Virus record (IMG/VR): IMGVR_UViG_3300045988_127420 | Direction: 5' to 3' (one strand) | Length of the DNA: 37,829 nt | From: a virus | In this document: positions 25,459 to 35,363 of the stretch, one piece after another | How positions within the stretch are numbered: position 1 is the first letter of the stretch | Layout: each line of letters begins with the position of its first letter | Notes under the pieces: model-generated | The model's database searches: none | Told to the model about the DNA's origin: nothing | The model's input: the letters and a program-made list of their open reading frames with translations, nothing else | Translations under genes and position numbers: made by a program

Positions 25459-26769
25459 ATGGAACTGAAGCGAGTCAAGACCGCCGACGTGTACCCGAGC
25501 GAGGGCAACCCGCGCGAGGACATGGGCGACCTGGAGGCGCTGGCCGCCAGCTTCGAGCTGAACCCGAAGAGCCCGGGCGAGCCGCTGAACCCGCCGCTGC
25601 TCGTGCGCGACGGCGGCGTGTACCGCATCGTGGACGGCGAGCGCCGCTGGCGCGCCATGGGCATCGCGGGCACCAAGGAGTTCGACGCGGTGGTGTGCGA
25701 GGACTGGGCCGACGCGGACGCCGCGCTGGCGATGCTGGCCACCGACGACAAGAAGCCGCTCGACGAGGTGGAGCGCAGCCGCGGCGTGCAGCGCGCCCTG
25801 CTGCTGGGCGTGGAGCCGCAGAAGGTCGAGAAGGCCGCCCGCCGCAAGGGGCTGCGCAAGGTCAAGAAGGCCGCCGAGCGCCTGGGCGGCGAGGCCGAGC
25901 TGATGAGCATCGACCACCTGCTGGCCGTGGCCGAGCTGGCCGACGACCACCCCGAGCTGTCCGACGAGGTGGCCAACGCCGACGAGGGCGCGTGGGAGCG
26001 CGTTTACAGGGAGGCCAGGGCGCAGGTCGAGCGCGAGCGCGCCGCCCAAGCCCTGCGAGACAAGGCCGCCGAGCTGCGCCTTGGCCTGGAGGAGCGCGGC
26101 GACCGCCCCGACCGCCCCGAGGGCATGTGCTACGCGCTGACGTGCCGCACGCCCGAAGACCTGGAGGCCGCGGCCGAGGAATACGCCGGCGGGGCGCTGT
26201 ACGCGCTGCTCGTGAGCAAGTACGACGGCGCGCGCGTGGTGGTCTACACCGCCCTGCCCGACGACGCCGTGGACCCTTCGCGCGAGGCCGCCAAGGAGCG
26301 CAGGGACGCCATGGCCGCCCGCATCGAGGACATGCTGCACAGCGTGCGCGCGTTCCTCGTGCCGAGCCTGATGCGCCCCCTCGACTGCCGCGAGGCTCGC
26401 GAGTGCATGGAGGAGGCCGTGAAGTCATGGCTCGGCGACCGCGAGTCCAAGTGGGACAACGGCGGCAAGGCGGCGTGCTGGCTCGACGAGGCCGAATGGG
26501 GAGGCGCCCGCCCCGACGGAGCGGCCAGCGGCATGGTTGCCGCCTGCATCGCCCGCGACTGGCTGGCCGGCGCCGAGCCGAACCGCACGGTGCTGGGCAT
26601 GGCGTGCGGCCTGGACGAGATGAGCGACTACGGGCGCGACCAGCTGACGCACTTCCTGGACGCCATGGGCGCCGCGGCGGGCGACGGCTGGGAGCCGAGC
26701 AGGGAGGACATGGCGCTGATGGCCGAGCTGTCGGCGGCGTGCAAGGAAGACGAGAGCGAGGAGCTGTAA
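25459..26769 (+). CDS. ParB-like nuclease-domain protein
   Basis: N-terminus ...NPRED...LAASF......PLLVRDGGVYRIVDGERRWRA matches the ParB/Srx domain pattern. 436 aa. Confidence 0.7.
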   Translation: MELKRVKTADVYPSEGNPREDMGDLEALAASFELNPKSPGEPLNPPLLVRDGGVYRIVDGERRWRAMGIAGTKEFDAVVCEDWADADAALAMLATDDKKPLDEVERSRGVQRALLLGVEPQKVEKAARRKGLRKVKKAAERLGGEAELMSIDHLLAVAELADDHPELSDEVANADEGAWERVYREARAQVERERAAQALRDKAAELRLGLEERGDRPDRPEGMCYALTCRTPEDLEAAAEEYAGGALYALLVSKYDGARVVVYTALPDDAVDPSREAAKERRDAMAARIEDMLHSVRAFLVPSLMRPLDCREARECMEEAVKSWLGDRESKWDNGGKAACWLDEAEWGGARPDGAASGMVAACIARDWLAGAEPNRTVLGMACGLDEMSDYGRDQLTHFLDAMGAAAGDGWEPSREDMALMAELSAACKEDESEEL

Positions 26770-28181
26770 TGGTGAAGATCGCATCGGTGGAGGCCGAGAA
26801 CGTCAAGCGCGTGAAGGCCGTGTACCTGGAGCCGAAGGCCGACGGGCTGACGGTCATAGGCGGCCGAAACGGCCAGGGCAAGACGAGCGTGCTGGACGCC
26901 ATCGCGTGGGCGCTCGGCGGCGACAAGATGCGCCCGAGCAACGCCAAGCGCGAGGACGCCGCCGGCGACCCGCAGCTGCGCGTGGTGCTGGACAACGGCA
27001 TCGTGGTGGAGCGCAAGGGCAAGAACAGCTCGCTGAAGGTCATCGACCCGAGCGGCAACAAGGGCGGCCAGCAGCTGCTGAACTCGTTCACCGAGCAGCT
27101 GGCCCTGAACCTGCCCAAGTTCATGCAGGCCAGCGACAGGGAGAAGGCCGAGACGCTGCTGTCCATCATGGGCGTCGGCGAGGAGCTGGCGGCCCTGGAC
27201 GCGCAGAAGCAGGCGGCCTACAACCAGCGCCTGGCCGTGGGCCAGATGGAGCGCCAGAAGCGGGGCGCGGCCAACGACATGCGGCACTGGCCGGACGCGC
27301 CGGCGCAGGAGGTGAGCGCGTCCGAGCTCATCGCCGAGCAGTCGGCCATCCTGGCGCGCAACGGCGAGAACCAGCGCAAGCGCATGGAGGCCCAGCAAGT
27401 CAAGGCGCGCCTGGACGCGGCCATGGGAGAGCTGGCGCGCATGAACGAGCAGAGCGCCGAGCTGGCGCGCCGCATGGCCGAGAAGTCGGCGGAGGTGGAG
27501 CGGCTGAGCGCCGACGCGGCCACCGCCGCCAAGACCGCCGAGCAGCTGCGCGACGAGTCCACCGCCGAGCTGGAGGAGCAGCTGCGCCAGGTCGAGGCCG
27601 TCAACGACAAGGTGCGCACCAACATGCGCCGCGCCGCCGCGATGGCCGAGGCCGACGAGCTGAAGGCTCAGTACGACGAGCTGGATGAGCGCGTGCGCGG
27701 CCTGCAGAAGGCCCGCACCGACCTGCTGCGCGGAGCGAAGCTGCCGCTGGAGGGGCTGACCGTGGAGTTCGACGCCAAGGGCGAGCCGCGCCTGGAGTAC
27801 CAGGGACAGCCGTGGGACTGCATGAGCGGCAGCGAGCAGCTGAAGGCGGCCACGGCCATCGTGCGCGAGCTGAAGCCGGAGTGCGGCTTCGTGCTGGTGG
27901 ACAAGCTTGAGCAGATGGACCCGCAGACGCTGGCCGAGTTCGGGCAGTGGGCCGAGGGCGAGGGCCTGCAGGTCATCGGCACCCGCGTGGGCACCGGCGG
28001 CGAGTGCAGCCTGGTCATCGAGGACGGGCGCGGGCAGCTGGGCGACCCCGAGGGAGACGAGGAGCGCATGGTGGCCGAAAGCCTCCGCGAGTGCGCGGCG
28101 GACAGCGGCTGCCCGGAGTGCACCATCCCGCACGACGGGGCGTGCGCGCCCGCGGCGGCGAAGGGCTGGGTGATTCAGTAA
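26769..28181 (+). CDS. SMC/SbcC/RecF-like AAA ATPase with central coiled coil
   Basis: Walker A GGRNGQGKTSVLDAI. Long coiled-coil middle. C-terminal LSGSEQ-like signature (MSGSEQLK) and a Walker B-like VLVDKLE. Confidence 0.65.
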   Translation: MVKIASVEAENVKRVKAVYLEPKADGLTVIGGRNGQGKTSVLDAIAWALGGDKMRPSNAKREDAAGDPQLRVVLDNGIVVERKGKNSSLKVIDPSGNKGGQQLLNSFTEQLALNLPKFMQASDREKAETLLSIMGVGEELAALDAQKQAAYNQRLAVGQMERQKRGAANDMRHWPDAPAQEVSASELIAEQSAILARNGENQRKRMEAQQVKARLDAAMGELARMNEQSAELARRMAEKSAEVERLSADAATAAKTAEQLRDESTAELEEQLRQVEAVNDKVRTNMRRAAAMAEADELKAQYDELDERVRGLQKARTDLLRGAKLPLEGLTVEFDAKGEPRLEYQGQPWDCMSGSEQLKAATAIVRELKPECGFVLVDKLEQMDPQTLAEFGQWAEGEGLQVIGTRVGTGGECSLVIEDGRGQLGDPEGDEERMVAESLRECAADSGCPECTIPHDGACAPAAAKGWVIQ

Positions 28182-29242
28182 TGGCCATCCAGATAACGCG
28201 AGGGGCCGCGCAGAAGCCCCAGAAAGTCGTGATCTATGGCGTCGAGGGCATCGGCAAGACGACGCTGGCCGCGCAGTTCCCCAACCCCCTGTTCGTCGAC
28301 ACCGAGGGCGGCACCGAGGGATACGACGTGGCCCGAACGCAGACCCCGCAGAGCTGGACGGCGCTCAAGGGCCTGCTGCGCGACGTGGCGGCGGAGCGCC
28401 CGTGCGGCACGCTGGTGCTCGACACCGCCGACTGGGCCGAGCGCCTGCTGTGCGCCGAGCTGTGCGCGCAGCACAAGTGGGACTCCATGGAGACGCTGGG
28501 CTTCGGCAAGTGCTGGCAGTTCGCACTGGAGGAGTTCGGCCGCATGCTCGACCTGCTCACCGACGTGCGCGACGCGGGCATGAACGTCGTGGTCACGGCG
28601 CACGCCATGGTCTCCAAGTTCGAGCAGCCCGACGAGGCCGCGAGCTACGACCGCTGGACCATGAAGATGTACAAGAAGGACGCCGCGCTGCTCAAGGAAT
28701 GGGCCGACGCGCTGCTGTTCGTCAACTACAAGACCATCGTGGAGATGGTCGGCGAGGGCTTCATGGCCAAGGGCAAGGCGCGCGGCGCCAAGCGCACGAT
28801 CTTCTGCACGCACCAGGCCACGTGGGACGCGAAGAACCGCTGGGGACTTCCCGACGAGGTGCCGCTGGGCTACGAGGCCATAGCGCCGCACGTGCCGAGC
28901 CTCGGGACCGACCCGCGCGTGCCCGCCCCCGCCCCGCAGGCGCGGCCCATGCCGCAGCCCCAAGCCAAGCCCGCCCCGCAGGCGCAGGGCGACGCGCCTG
29001 GGACCATCGCCGCGAAGAAGGGGCTGCCCGCGTTCTGGGCACCCGCCTGCGAGCTGATGGAGCGAGACGGCGTGAGCCTGGCCGAGGTGCTGAACTTCGC
29101 GGTGCTGCAGGGCCACTTCACGCCCGACACGCCGCCCGAGGCGTACCCGCCCGACTACATCGCCGGGCTGATCGTGCCGCAGTGGGAGACGGTGAAGGCC
29201 AAGGTGGCCGAGTACCGCGGCGGCGAGGACATCCCCTTCTAA
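28181..29242 (+). CDS. AAA_24 / Sak4-like recombination ATPase
   Basis: KVVIYGVEGIGKTTLAAQFPNPLFVDTEGG. Followed by a DUF669-like gene, which is the usual pairing. Confidence 0.65.
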   Translation: MAIQITRGAAQKPQKVVIYGVEGIGKTTLAAQFPNPLFVDTEGGTEGYDVARTQTPQSWTALKGLLRDVAAERPCGTLVLDTADWAERLLCAELCAQHKWDSMETLGFGKCWQFALEEFGRMLDLLTDVRDAGMNVVVTAHAMVSKFEQPDEAASYDRWTMKMYKKDAALLKEWADALLFVNYKTIVEMVGEGFMAKGKARGAKRTIFCTHQATWDAKNRWGLPDEVPLGYEAIAPHVPSLGTDPRVPAPAPQARPMPQPQAKPAPQAQGDAPGTIAAKKGLPAFWAPACELMERDGVSLAEVLNFAVLQGHFTPDTPPEAYPPDYIAGLIVPQWETVKAKVAEYRGGEDIPF

Positions 29243-29269
29243 CGAGACGCATGACGAAAGGAAGAGAAC

Positions 29270-29959
29270 ATGGCGGAAATGCAAGACGAGGTGCTGGACT
29301 GGGACCTCACCGAGGCGGACCCCGACGACGGAAGCCACGGCGGCTGGACCGTGCTGGAGGACGGCTTCTACCCGTTCACCGTCCAGAAGATGGAGCGCGC
29401 CCGCTTCGAGGGCAGCGCGAAGATGCCGGCCTGCCCCATGGCGGTGCTGACGCTCAAGGTGCAGGGCGCCGGCGGCGAGGAGGCGCTGGTGACCCAGCGC
29501 GTGTACCTGCTGCAGCGCATGCTGTGGAAGATCACGCAGTTCATGGAGGCCATCGGCCAGGGCCGCAACGAGCGCGGCAAGGTCGTCGTCAACTGGGGCG
29601 ACGTCGAGGGCCGCGGCGGCTGGCTCAAGCTCAAGAAGCGCTCGTACACCAACCGCGACGGCCAGGAGCGCGAGACCAACGACGTGGACTGCTTCTGCAA
29701 GCCGGAGGAGCACGAGAAGGCGTGGCGAGCCTACGCCAAGCAGTGCGGCGAGGACCCCGACGCGGCGCTGAGCGCCCCGCAGGCGGCCCCGACCCAGCAG
29801 GCGCCAGCCCAGCAGGCGTACGCGCCCCAGGCGGCTTCCTACGCGCCCCAGGCGGCCCCGCAGCCGCAGCAGCAGTACCAGCAGCAGGCCATGGCGGGAA
29901 TGCCCACCCCGCAGCCGCAGGCGGGGGCGTCGCAGCACCCCGGCTGGGGCATCCAGTAG
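29270..29959 (+). CDS. DUF669-like (putative ssDNA-binding) protein with Q/P/A-rich tail
   Basis: Call rests on position next to the Sak4-like gene. 229 aa with a low-complexity C-terminus (APQAAPQPQQQYQQQ...). Confidence 0.5.
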   Translation: MAEMQDEVLDWDLTEADPDDGSHGGWTVLEDGFYPFTVQKMERARFEGSAKMPACPMAVLTLKVQGAGGEEALVTQRVYLLQRMLWKITQFMEAIGQGRNERGKVVVNWGDVEGRGGWLKLKKRSYTNRDGQERETNDVDCFCKPEEHEKAWRAYAKQCGEDPDAALSAPQAAPTQQAPAQQAYAPQAASYAPQAAPQPQQQYQQQAMAGMPTPQPQAGASQHPGWGIQ

Positions 29960-29962
29960 CCC

Positions 29963-31570
29963 ATGGAGCTTAGGCCGTACCAGCGGGAGGCCGTGGACGC
30001 CGTGGAGGCCGAGTGGGAGCAGGGCCGGAGGCTGACGCTCCTGGTCCTGCCCACCGGCTGCGGCAAGACCGTGGTCTTCTGCAACGTGGCCAAGGACGTG
30101 GTGGACCGGGGCGGGCGCGTGCTCATCCTGGCCCACCGCGGCGAGCTGCTGCAGCAGGCCGCCGACAAGCTCCAGGCCGCCACCGGCCTGGGGTGCGCGG
30201 TGGAGAAGGCGGAGGAGACCAGCCTGGGCAGCTGGTACCGCGTCACCGTCGGCAGCGTGCAGAGCATGATGAGGGCGAGGCGGCTGGCGCGCTTCCCCGC
30301 CGACTACTTCAGCGCCATCGTGGTCGACGAGGCGCACCACGCGCTGTCGGACAGCTACCGCGCCGTCCTCGACCACTTCCCCGGCGCCAAGGTGCTGGGC
30401 GTCACCGCCACCGCCGACCGCGGCGACAAGCGCGACCTGGGCCAGCTGTTCGAGAGCGTGGCCTACGAGTACACGCTGCCGACGGCCATCCGCGAGGGGT
30501 ACCTGTGCCCCATCCGGGCGCAGACCGTGCCGCTGTCCATCGATCTGGCGGGCGTGAAGGTCTCCGCGGGCGACTTCGCCGCCGGCGACCTGGGCACGGC
30601 GCTCGACCCGTACCTGGAGCGCATCGCCGACGAGATGCTGGCGGCGGGGTGCATGCGGCGCAAGACCGTGGCGTTCCTGCCGCTCGTGGCCACCTCCAAG
30701 AAGTTCGCGGCGGCGCTGGCCGCCAAGGGCTTCGACGCCATGGAGGTCGACGGCGAGAGCGAGGACCGCGCCGAGGTGCTTGGGCGCTACGAGCAGGCCG
30801 GCCCCGGCGCGGTGCTGTGCAACTCCATGCTGCTCACCGAGGGCTGGGACTGCCCGAGCGTGGACTGCGTGGTGGTCCTGCGGCCCACGAAGGTGCGCAG
30901 CCTGTACGTGCAGATGGTCGGGCGCGGCACGCGCCTGAGCCCGGAGACGGGCAAGGCGGAGCTGCTGGTGCTCGACTTCCTGTGGATGACCGAGAGGCAC
31001 GACCTGTGCCGCCCGGCGCACCTGGTGGCGCAGTCGCCCGAGGTGGCGGCGCGCATGACCGAGCTGGCCGAATCGGCGCCCGGCGGGGTCGACCTTGAGG
31101 CGTGCGAGCGGCAGGCCAGCGCCGACGTGGTGGCGCAGCGCGAGGAGAGCCTGGCGCGCGAGCTGAAGGCGATGAAGGGCCGCAAGCGCAAGCTGGTCGA
31201 CCCCGTGCAGTTCGAGATGAGCATCCAGGCCGAGGACCTGGCCGGCTGGGAGCCCGCGTTCCCCGCCGACCTGGAGCCGCCGACGGACAAGCAGCTGTCG
31301 GCGCTGGAGCGCTTCGGCATCTTCCCCGACGAGGTGGCGTGCAAGGGCAAGGCCAGCCTGCTGCTGGAGCGCCTGGACAAGCGCCGCCGCGAGGGGCTGA
31401 CGACGCCCAAGCAGATACGCTGCCTGGAGCGCTTCGGCTTCTCGCATGTGGGCACGTGGCCGTTCGACGCGGCCAGCAACATGATCAGCCGCATAGCGGC
31501 GCAGGGCTGGCGCGGCGTCCCGCGCGGCGTCGACCCCGCGACGTACGACCCGACGACGATGGAGGTGTAG
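29963..31570 (+). CDS. Superfamily-2 DEAH-box helicase
   Basis: LRPYQREAV, LPTGCGKT (Walker A) and VVDEAHHA (DEAH), with C-terminal helicase motifs. Confidence 0.85.
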   Translation: MELRPYQREAVDAVEAEWEQGRRLTLLVLPTGCGKTVVFCNVAKDVVDRGGRVLILAHRGELLQQAADKLQAATGLGCAVEKAEETSLGSWYRVTVGSVQSMMRARRLARFPADYFSAIVVDEAHHALSDSYRAVLDHFPGAKVLGVTATADRGDKRDLGQLFESVAYEYTLPTAIREGYLCPIRAQTVPLSIDLAGVKVSAGDFAAGDLGTALDPYLERIADEMLAAGCMRRKTVAFLPLVATSKKFAAALAAKGFDAMEVDGESEDRAEVLGRYEQAGPGAVLCNSMLLTEGWDCPSVDCVVVLRPTKVRSLYVQMVGRGTRLSPETGKAELLVLDFLWMTERHDLCRPAHLVAQSPEVAARMTELAESAPGGVDLEACERQASADVVAQREESLARELKAMKGRKRKLVDPVQFEMSIQAEDLAGWEPAFPADLEPPTDKQLSALERFGIFPDEVACKGKASLLLERLDKRRREGLTTPKQIRCLERFGFSHVGTWPFDAASNMISRIAAQGWRGVPRGVDPATYDPTTMEV

Positions 31571-31573
31571 GAG

Positions 31574-33994
31574 ATGGACGGGAGCCTTCTGGGCGAAGAC
31601 CTCGACGGCATCCTGGCGGCGCTGCCGGCGTCGTCGCTCGACTACCAGGAATGGGTGGGCGTCGGCATGGCGCTCAAGGCCGAGGGCTACGGCTGCGAGG
31701 TCTGGGACGCGTGGAGCGCCGCCGACGCGGCGCGCTACCACGCCGGCGAGTGCGAGCGCAAGTGGCGCTCCTTCGGCGACGGCGGCGAGGGCCGCGTGAA
31801 CGGCGGCACGCTGGTGCAGATGGCCCTGGAGCGCGGCTACGAGCCGCCCGGCTGGGGCGACGACGAGGCGTTCGGCTGGGACCTCGCCGAGGCCGACCCG
31901 TGGGACGGCCCGGGGGCGCCGGGCGGGCGCGAATGGCGCACGACGCGCCCGCAGCAGCAGGGCCAGGCGAAGCCCGCCAACATCGTGGTCGACCCCACGT
32001 GGCTGGAGGGCGAGGAGCTGCGCGAGCCCGATGGCGACGCGTGGCACCCCGCCGACCAGCTGACCCGCTACCTGTCGGCGCTGTTCGACCCCGAGGACAT
32101 AGTGGGCTACGTCACCGCCGCGTTCGAGCGCGACGGGCGGTGGACGCCCGCGGGCAAGGGCGACTGCACCCGCACCGCCGGCGAGATCATCCAGCAGCTG
32201 GCCAAGTACGGCGACGATTTGAGCTACACGCTGGGCCAGCCGAACGCCGAGGCGGGCGCGTGGATACGCTTCAACCCGCTCGACGGGCAGGGCGTGCGCA
32301 ACGACAACGTGGCGGAGTTCCGCTACGCGCTCGTTGAGTCCGACGAGATGGCGCCGGGCCGGCAGATGGCCATCATGCGCGCCCTGGAGCTGCCCATCGC
32401 GGCGGTGGTCCACAGCGGCAACAAGTCCGTGCACGCCATCGTGAGGGTGGACGCCAAGGACTACGACGAGTACCGCAAGCGCGTGGACTTCCTGTACCGC
32501 ACCTGCGCGGACAACGGCCTGAAGCTGGACACGCAGAACAAGAACCCCAGCAGGCTGAGCCGCATGCCGGGCGTGGAGCGCGCCGGGCGCAAGCAGTGGC
32601 TCGTGGCCGAGTCCATGGGCCGGGCCAGCTGGAAGGACTGGCGGGAGTGGCTGGACGAGCAGAACGACGACCTGCCCGACCCCGAGACGCTGGCCGCCAC
32701 GTGGGACGACATGCCCGAGCTGGCCCCGCCGCTCATCGAGGGCGTGCTGCGCCAGGGGCACAAGATGCTCCTGGCGGGGCCGTCCAAGGCGGGCAAGTCG
32801 TTCGCGCTCATCGGGCTCACCGTGTCGCTGGCCGAGGGGCTGCCGTGGTTCGGCTGGAGGTGCGCCCAGGGCCGCGTCATGTACGTGAACCTGGAGCTGG
32901 ACCGGGCATCCTGCCTGCACCGCTTCCGCGACGTCTACGCCGCCATGGGCGCCGAGCCGCGCAACCTGGACAACGTGTGCATCTGGAACCTGCGCGGCAA
33001 GTCCAAGCCGATGGACCAGCTGGCGCCGGCGCTCATACGGCGCGCGGCCAAGGAGCGCCCCATCGCCGTGATCATCGACCCCATCTACAAGGTCATCACC
33101 GGCGACGAGAACAGCGCGGACCAGATGGCGGCGTTCTGCAACCAGTTCGACAAGGTGGCCGACGGGCTCGGCTGCGCGGTCATCTACTGCCACCACCACT
33201 CCAAGGGCGCGCAGGGCGGCAAGCGCTCCATGGACCGCGCATCCGGCTCGGGCGTGTTCGCGCGAGACCCCGACGCGCTGCTGGACATGCTGGAGCTGCA
33301 CGTGTCCGACGAGCTGCGCGCGCAGCTGGAGGCCCGCGCGGTCGGCCAGCAGGCCGCGGGCTTCATGGACGCCAACGCCGCGCGGCTGGGCGCGGGATGG
33401 CGGGCCGAGGTGCCCGAGGACGACCTGGCGGCGGGCGGCGACAAGCTCATGGCCGCGTGCCGCTCCATCGTGCAGGCGCGCGCGCCGGAGTGGACCAAGG
33501 CGTACCTCGACGGCATCCTGGCCGCGCGGGGCAGGGCCAAGGCGATGAGCGCCTGGCGCGTGGAGGGCACCCTGCGCGAGTTCCCGCGCTTCGAGCCGGT
33601 GGACCTGCTGTTCGACTACCCCATGCACGCGGTCGACCGCACGGGGCTTTTGGCCGACGCCAGCCCCGAGGGCGAGGAGATGGGGCGCATGGACTACCGC
33701 GCCCAGGGCCGCGAGCGCAAGGCCAGGAACGACGCCAAGAAGCAGGAGGAGAAGCTGGCGGCGCTGCGCGAGGGCATGGCCGCATGCGCCGAGGACGGCG
33801 TGGACGCCACCGTGGCCAACGTGGTGGAGCGCATGCCCGAGGTGAACGGCAAGCAGGTGACCAAGGCCACCGTGCAGTCATGGGTCAAGGCTTCGGCCAA
33901 CGAGTGGTGCACGATCATCAGCGAGGGAGGCAAGGGCAACCAGCCAGGCGTGCTGCGCGACCCCGAGATGGAGGACGCCATGACGGGCTGGTAG
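31574..33994 (+). CDS. Primase-polymerase (PriCT-2 + AEP) fused to a RecA-like AAA_25 helicase
   Basis: YQEWVGVGMALK...KWRSF (PriCT-2-like). VESDE ... HSGNKSVHA (AEP acidic and SGxxxH motifs). LLAGPSKAGKS (P-loop). Confidence 0.75.
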   Translation: MDGSLLGEDLDGILAALPASSLDYQEWVGVGMALKAEGYGCEVWDAWSAADAARYHAGECERKWRSFGDGGEGRVNGGTLVQMALERGYEPPGWGDDEAFGWDLAEADPWDGPGAPGGREWRTTRPQQQGQAKPANIVVDPTWLEGEELREPDGDAWHPADQLTRYLSALFDPEDIVGYVTAAFERDGRWTPAGKGDCTRTAGEIIQQLAKYGDDLSYTLGQPNAEAGAWIRFNPLDGQGVRNDNVAEFRYALVESDEMAPGRQMAIMRALELPIAAVVHSGNKSVHAIVRVDAKDYDEYRKRVDFLYRTCADNGLKLDTQNKNPSRLSRMPGVERAGRKQWLVAESMGRASWKDWREWLDEQNDDLPDPETLAATWDDMPELAPPLIEGVLRQGHKMLLAGPSKAGKSFALIGLTVSLAEGLPWFGWRCAQGRVMYVNLELDRASCLHRFRDVYAAMGAEPRNLDNVCIWNLRGKSKPMDQLAPALIRRAAKERPIAVIIDPIYKVITGDENSADQMAAFCNQFDKVADGLGCAVIYCHHHSKGAQGGKRSMDRASGSGVFARDPDALLDMLELHVSDELRAQLEARAVGQQAAGFMDANAARLGAGWRAEVPEDDLAAGGDKLMAACRSIVQARAPEWTKAYLDGILAARGRAKAMSAWRVEGTLREFPRFEPVDLLFDYPMHAVDRTGLLADASPEGEEMGRMDYRAQGRERKARNDAKKQEEKLAALREGMAACAEDGVDATVANVVERMPEVNGKQVTKATVQSWVKASANEWCTIISEGGKGNQPGVLRDPEMEDAMTGW

Positions 33995-34010
33995 GCGGCT
34001 GTTGCGTGTA

Positions 34011-34140
34011 TGTATGGACTATCCCTAAAGGGATAAGTGTATCCATACAGACAAAACCAACTAGTTGGATGGCGGCGGGGCCGTGCGTGCGGGCTGAAGC
34101 CGCGCCCGCACTCGTGCGCGGTGGCCACGCCCCGCCATCC
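34011..34140. other. Structured intergenic element: bulged hairpin, 12-bp palindrome and a long GC-rich imperfect hairpin
   Basis: TGTATGGA/TCCATACA plus TATCCC/GGGATA arms (34011-34049). CCAACTAGTTGG (34057-34068). GGATGGCGG...CCGCCATCC outer arms with GTGCGGGC/GCCCGCAC inner arms (34067-34140). Confidence 0.5.
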
Positions 34141-34181
34141 ATGCAACTAGACGAAATACGAACGAACGAAGGAGAACGAAC

Positions 34182-34706
34182 ATGGGAATCATCTGCGAGG
34201 CCTGCGGGCGCGACATCGACGCCCTGGGGCAGGACAACATGGGAGTGGACGCGCCGCTGTGCGAGGACTGCTGGAACGAGCGGCAGGGCCGCGCGGCGGA
34301 GTCGCTGCGCCGCGAGGTTCGCGACCTGAGGTTCGAGAACGCCCGCCTGCGCGAGAAGCTGGACGCCAAGGTCGAAGACGCGGTGGACCCCACATGGGTC
34401 TGCAGGATGCGCAACACGGCCGTGCAGAACCTGCGCAAGGACATCGAGGCGGCCTACAAGGTGAGCCGCGAGCGAGCCCTGGCGCTCACGAAGCTGGACG
34501 AGTGCGAGATGTGGCTCGGGCGCTGCGAGCCCAAGGAGACGGCGGCGCCGACGCTCGAGGGCGCGGCCCAGGACGCCGCCATGCCGTGCCTGAAGGACGC
34601 GCACGTGGAGCTGAACGTGGAGCTGAGGCCCGATGCGCTCGCCGATGCGGCGGCGAAAAGCCTGCGCGAGTCCATGCAGCCGGCCCTGCGGATGGCGGTG
34701 AGGTAG
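34182..34706 (+). CDS. Hypothetical zinc-ribbon / coiled-coil protein
   Basis: 174 aa. CEACG...CEDC at the N-terminus. RBS GAAGGAGAA upstream. Confidence 0.5.
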   Translation: MGIICEACGRDIDALGQDNMGVDAPLCEDCWNERQGRAAESLRREVRDLRFENARLREKLDAKVEDAVDPTWVCRMRNTAVQNLRKDIEAAYKVSRERALALTKLDECEMWLGRCEPKETAAPTLEGAAQDAAMPCLKDAHVELNVELRPDALADAAAKSLRESMQPALRMAVR

Positions 34707-34708
34707 CC

Positions 34709-34888
34709 ATGGAGCGGCAGACGAGGACCAAGCGCCGCCCCAGCATCGAGGTGCGCTGCCCGGAGTGCGGCACGCGCGACGTGTGGCACCACCTGCCGAA
34801 GGGCGGAGACCGCTGCCGGTGGTGCGGGCACCCGTTCGAGGACTTCGCGTACCGCAAGGTCGGCCCGAAAGAGGGCGGCGCGCGATGA
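34709..34888 (+). CDS. Small zinc-ribbon protein (59 aa)
   Basis: CPECG...CRWCG. It is the 3' part of track ORF 34259-34888. Confidence 0.4.
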   Translation: MERQTRTKRRPSIEVRCPECGTRDVWHHLPKGGDRCRWCGHPFEDFAYRKVGPKEGGAR

Positions 34889-35109
34889 CGAACTGGGAAT
34901 ACTACTTCGGGACGCCGGAGAGGGCGACGCGCATGGAGGTGCGCGTGACGACGTGGCCGCTGCTCATCGCGGTGAGCGAGGTCGACCCGCACACGAGGTG
35001 CGCGAAGCACTCGCGCATCGTCGGCGAGTTCGCGCAGTGGGCCGAGTACGCAGCGTGGATGCATGCCGAGCGCGACGACGGGACAATCAGGTGGGAGGAG
35101 GACGCGTGA
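34885..35109 (+). CDS. Hypothetical protein (74 aa)
   Basis: ATGA overlap with the upstream ORF. Confidence 0.4.
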   Translation: MTNWEYYFGTPERATRMEVRVTTWPLLIAVSEVDPHTRCAKHSRIVGEFAQWAEYAAWMHAERDDGTIRWEEDA

Positions 35110-35231
35110 GGAACCTCAACTGGGGCTGCCTGCTGTTCCTGGCCGCGGCGCTGGCCGTCGACGCGCTGCTGTTCATGGCGGCGCGCTCGCTCGCGATGGG
35201 GCTCCTGTCCCTGTACGCGTCGGCGTTCTAG
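35106..35231 (+). CDS. Small hydrophobic protein (41 aa), hypothetical
   Basis: GTGA overlap with the upstream ORF. Product VRNLNWGCLLFLAAALAVDALLFMAARSLAMGLLSLYASAF. Confidence 0.3.
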   Translation: MRNLNWGCLLFLAAALAVDALLFMAARSLAMGLLSLYASAF

Positions 35232-35309
35232 GCGCGGGCGACACCGCTGGCAGCATATCGTCGCGCGGACGGGCCAGGGCAAGCCCGCCGGCGACCTCCT
35301 ATTCGGGTC

Positions 35310-35343
35310 GGGCCGTCCTTCGGGGCGGCCCTTCCTCGTTTCC
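35310..35343 (+). terminator. Terminator-like hairpin upstream of the terminase gene
   Basis: GGGCCGTCC-TTCG-GGGCGGCCC (one G-U pair) followed by TTCCTCGTTTCC. The T-tract is weak. Confidence 0.35.
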
Positions 35344-35363
35344 GGGGCGACACGTGCCAGACC

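Noticed and set aside
28175-33628. Very long antisense ORFs: 1817 aa here, plus 904 aa at 9478-12192 (-), 829 aa at 34902-37391 (-), 520 aa at 1421-2983 (-) and many others
   Set aside because: Their translations are Arg/Ala/Gly/His/Leu-rich low-complexity strings with no motifs. The opposite (+) frames carry clear Walker, DEAH, portal or tape measure features. Stop-codon-poor antisense frames are expected in GC-rich DNA.
34067-34140. A 74-nt segment with complementary 7-nt ends (GGATGGC...GCCATCC), checked as a possible tRNA
   Set aside because: It has no T-loop (GTTCRANNC) or D-loop features. The pairing pattern is a rod-like nested hairpin, not a cloverleaf.
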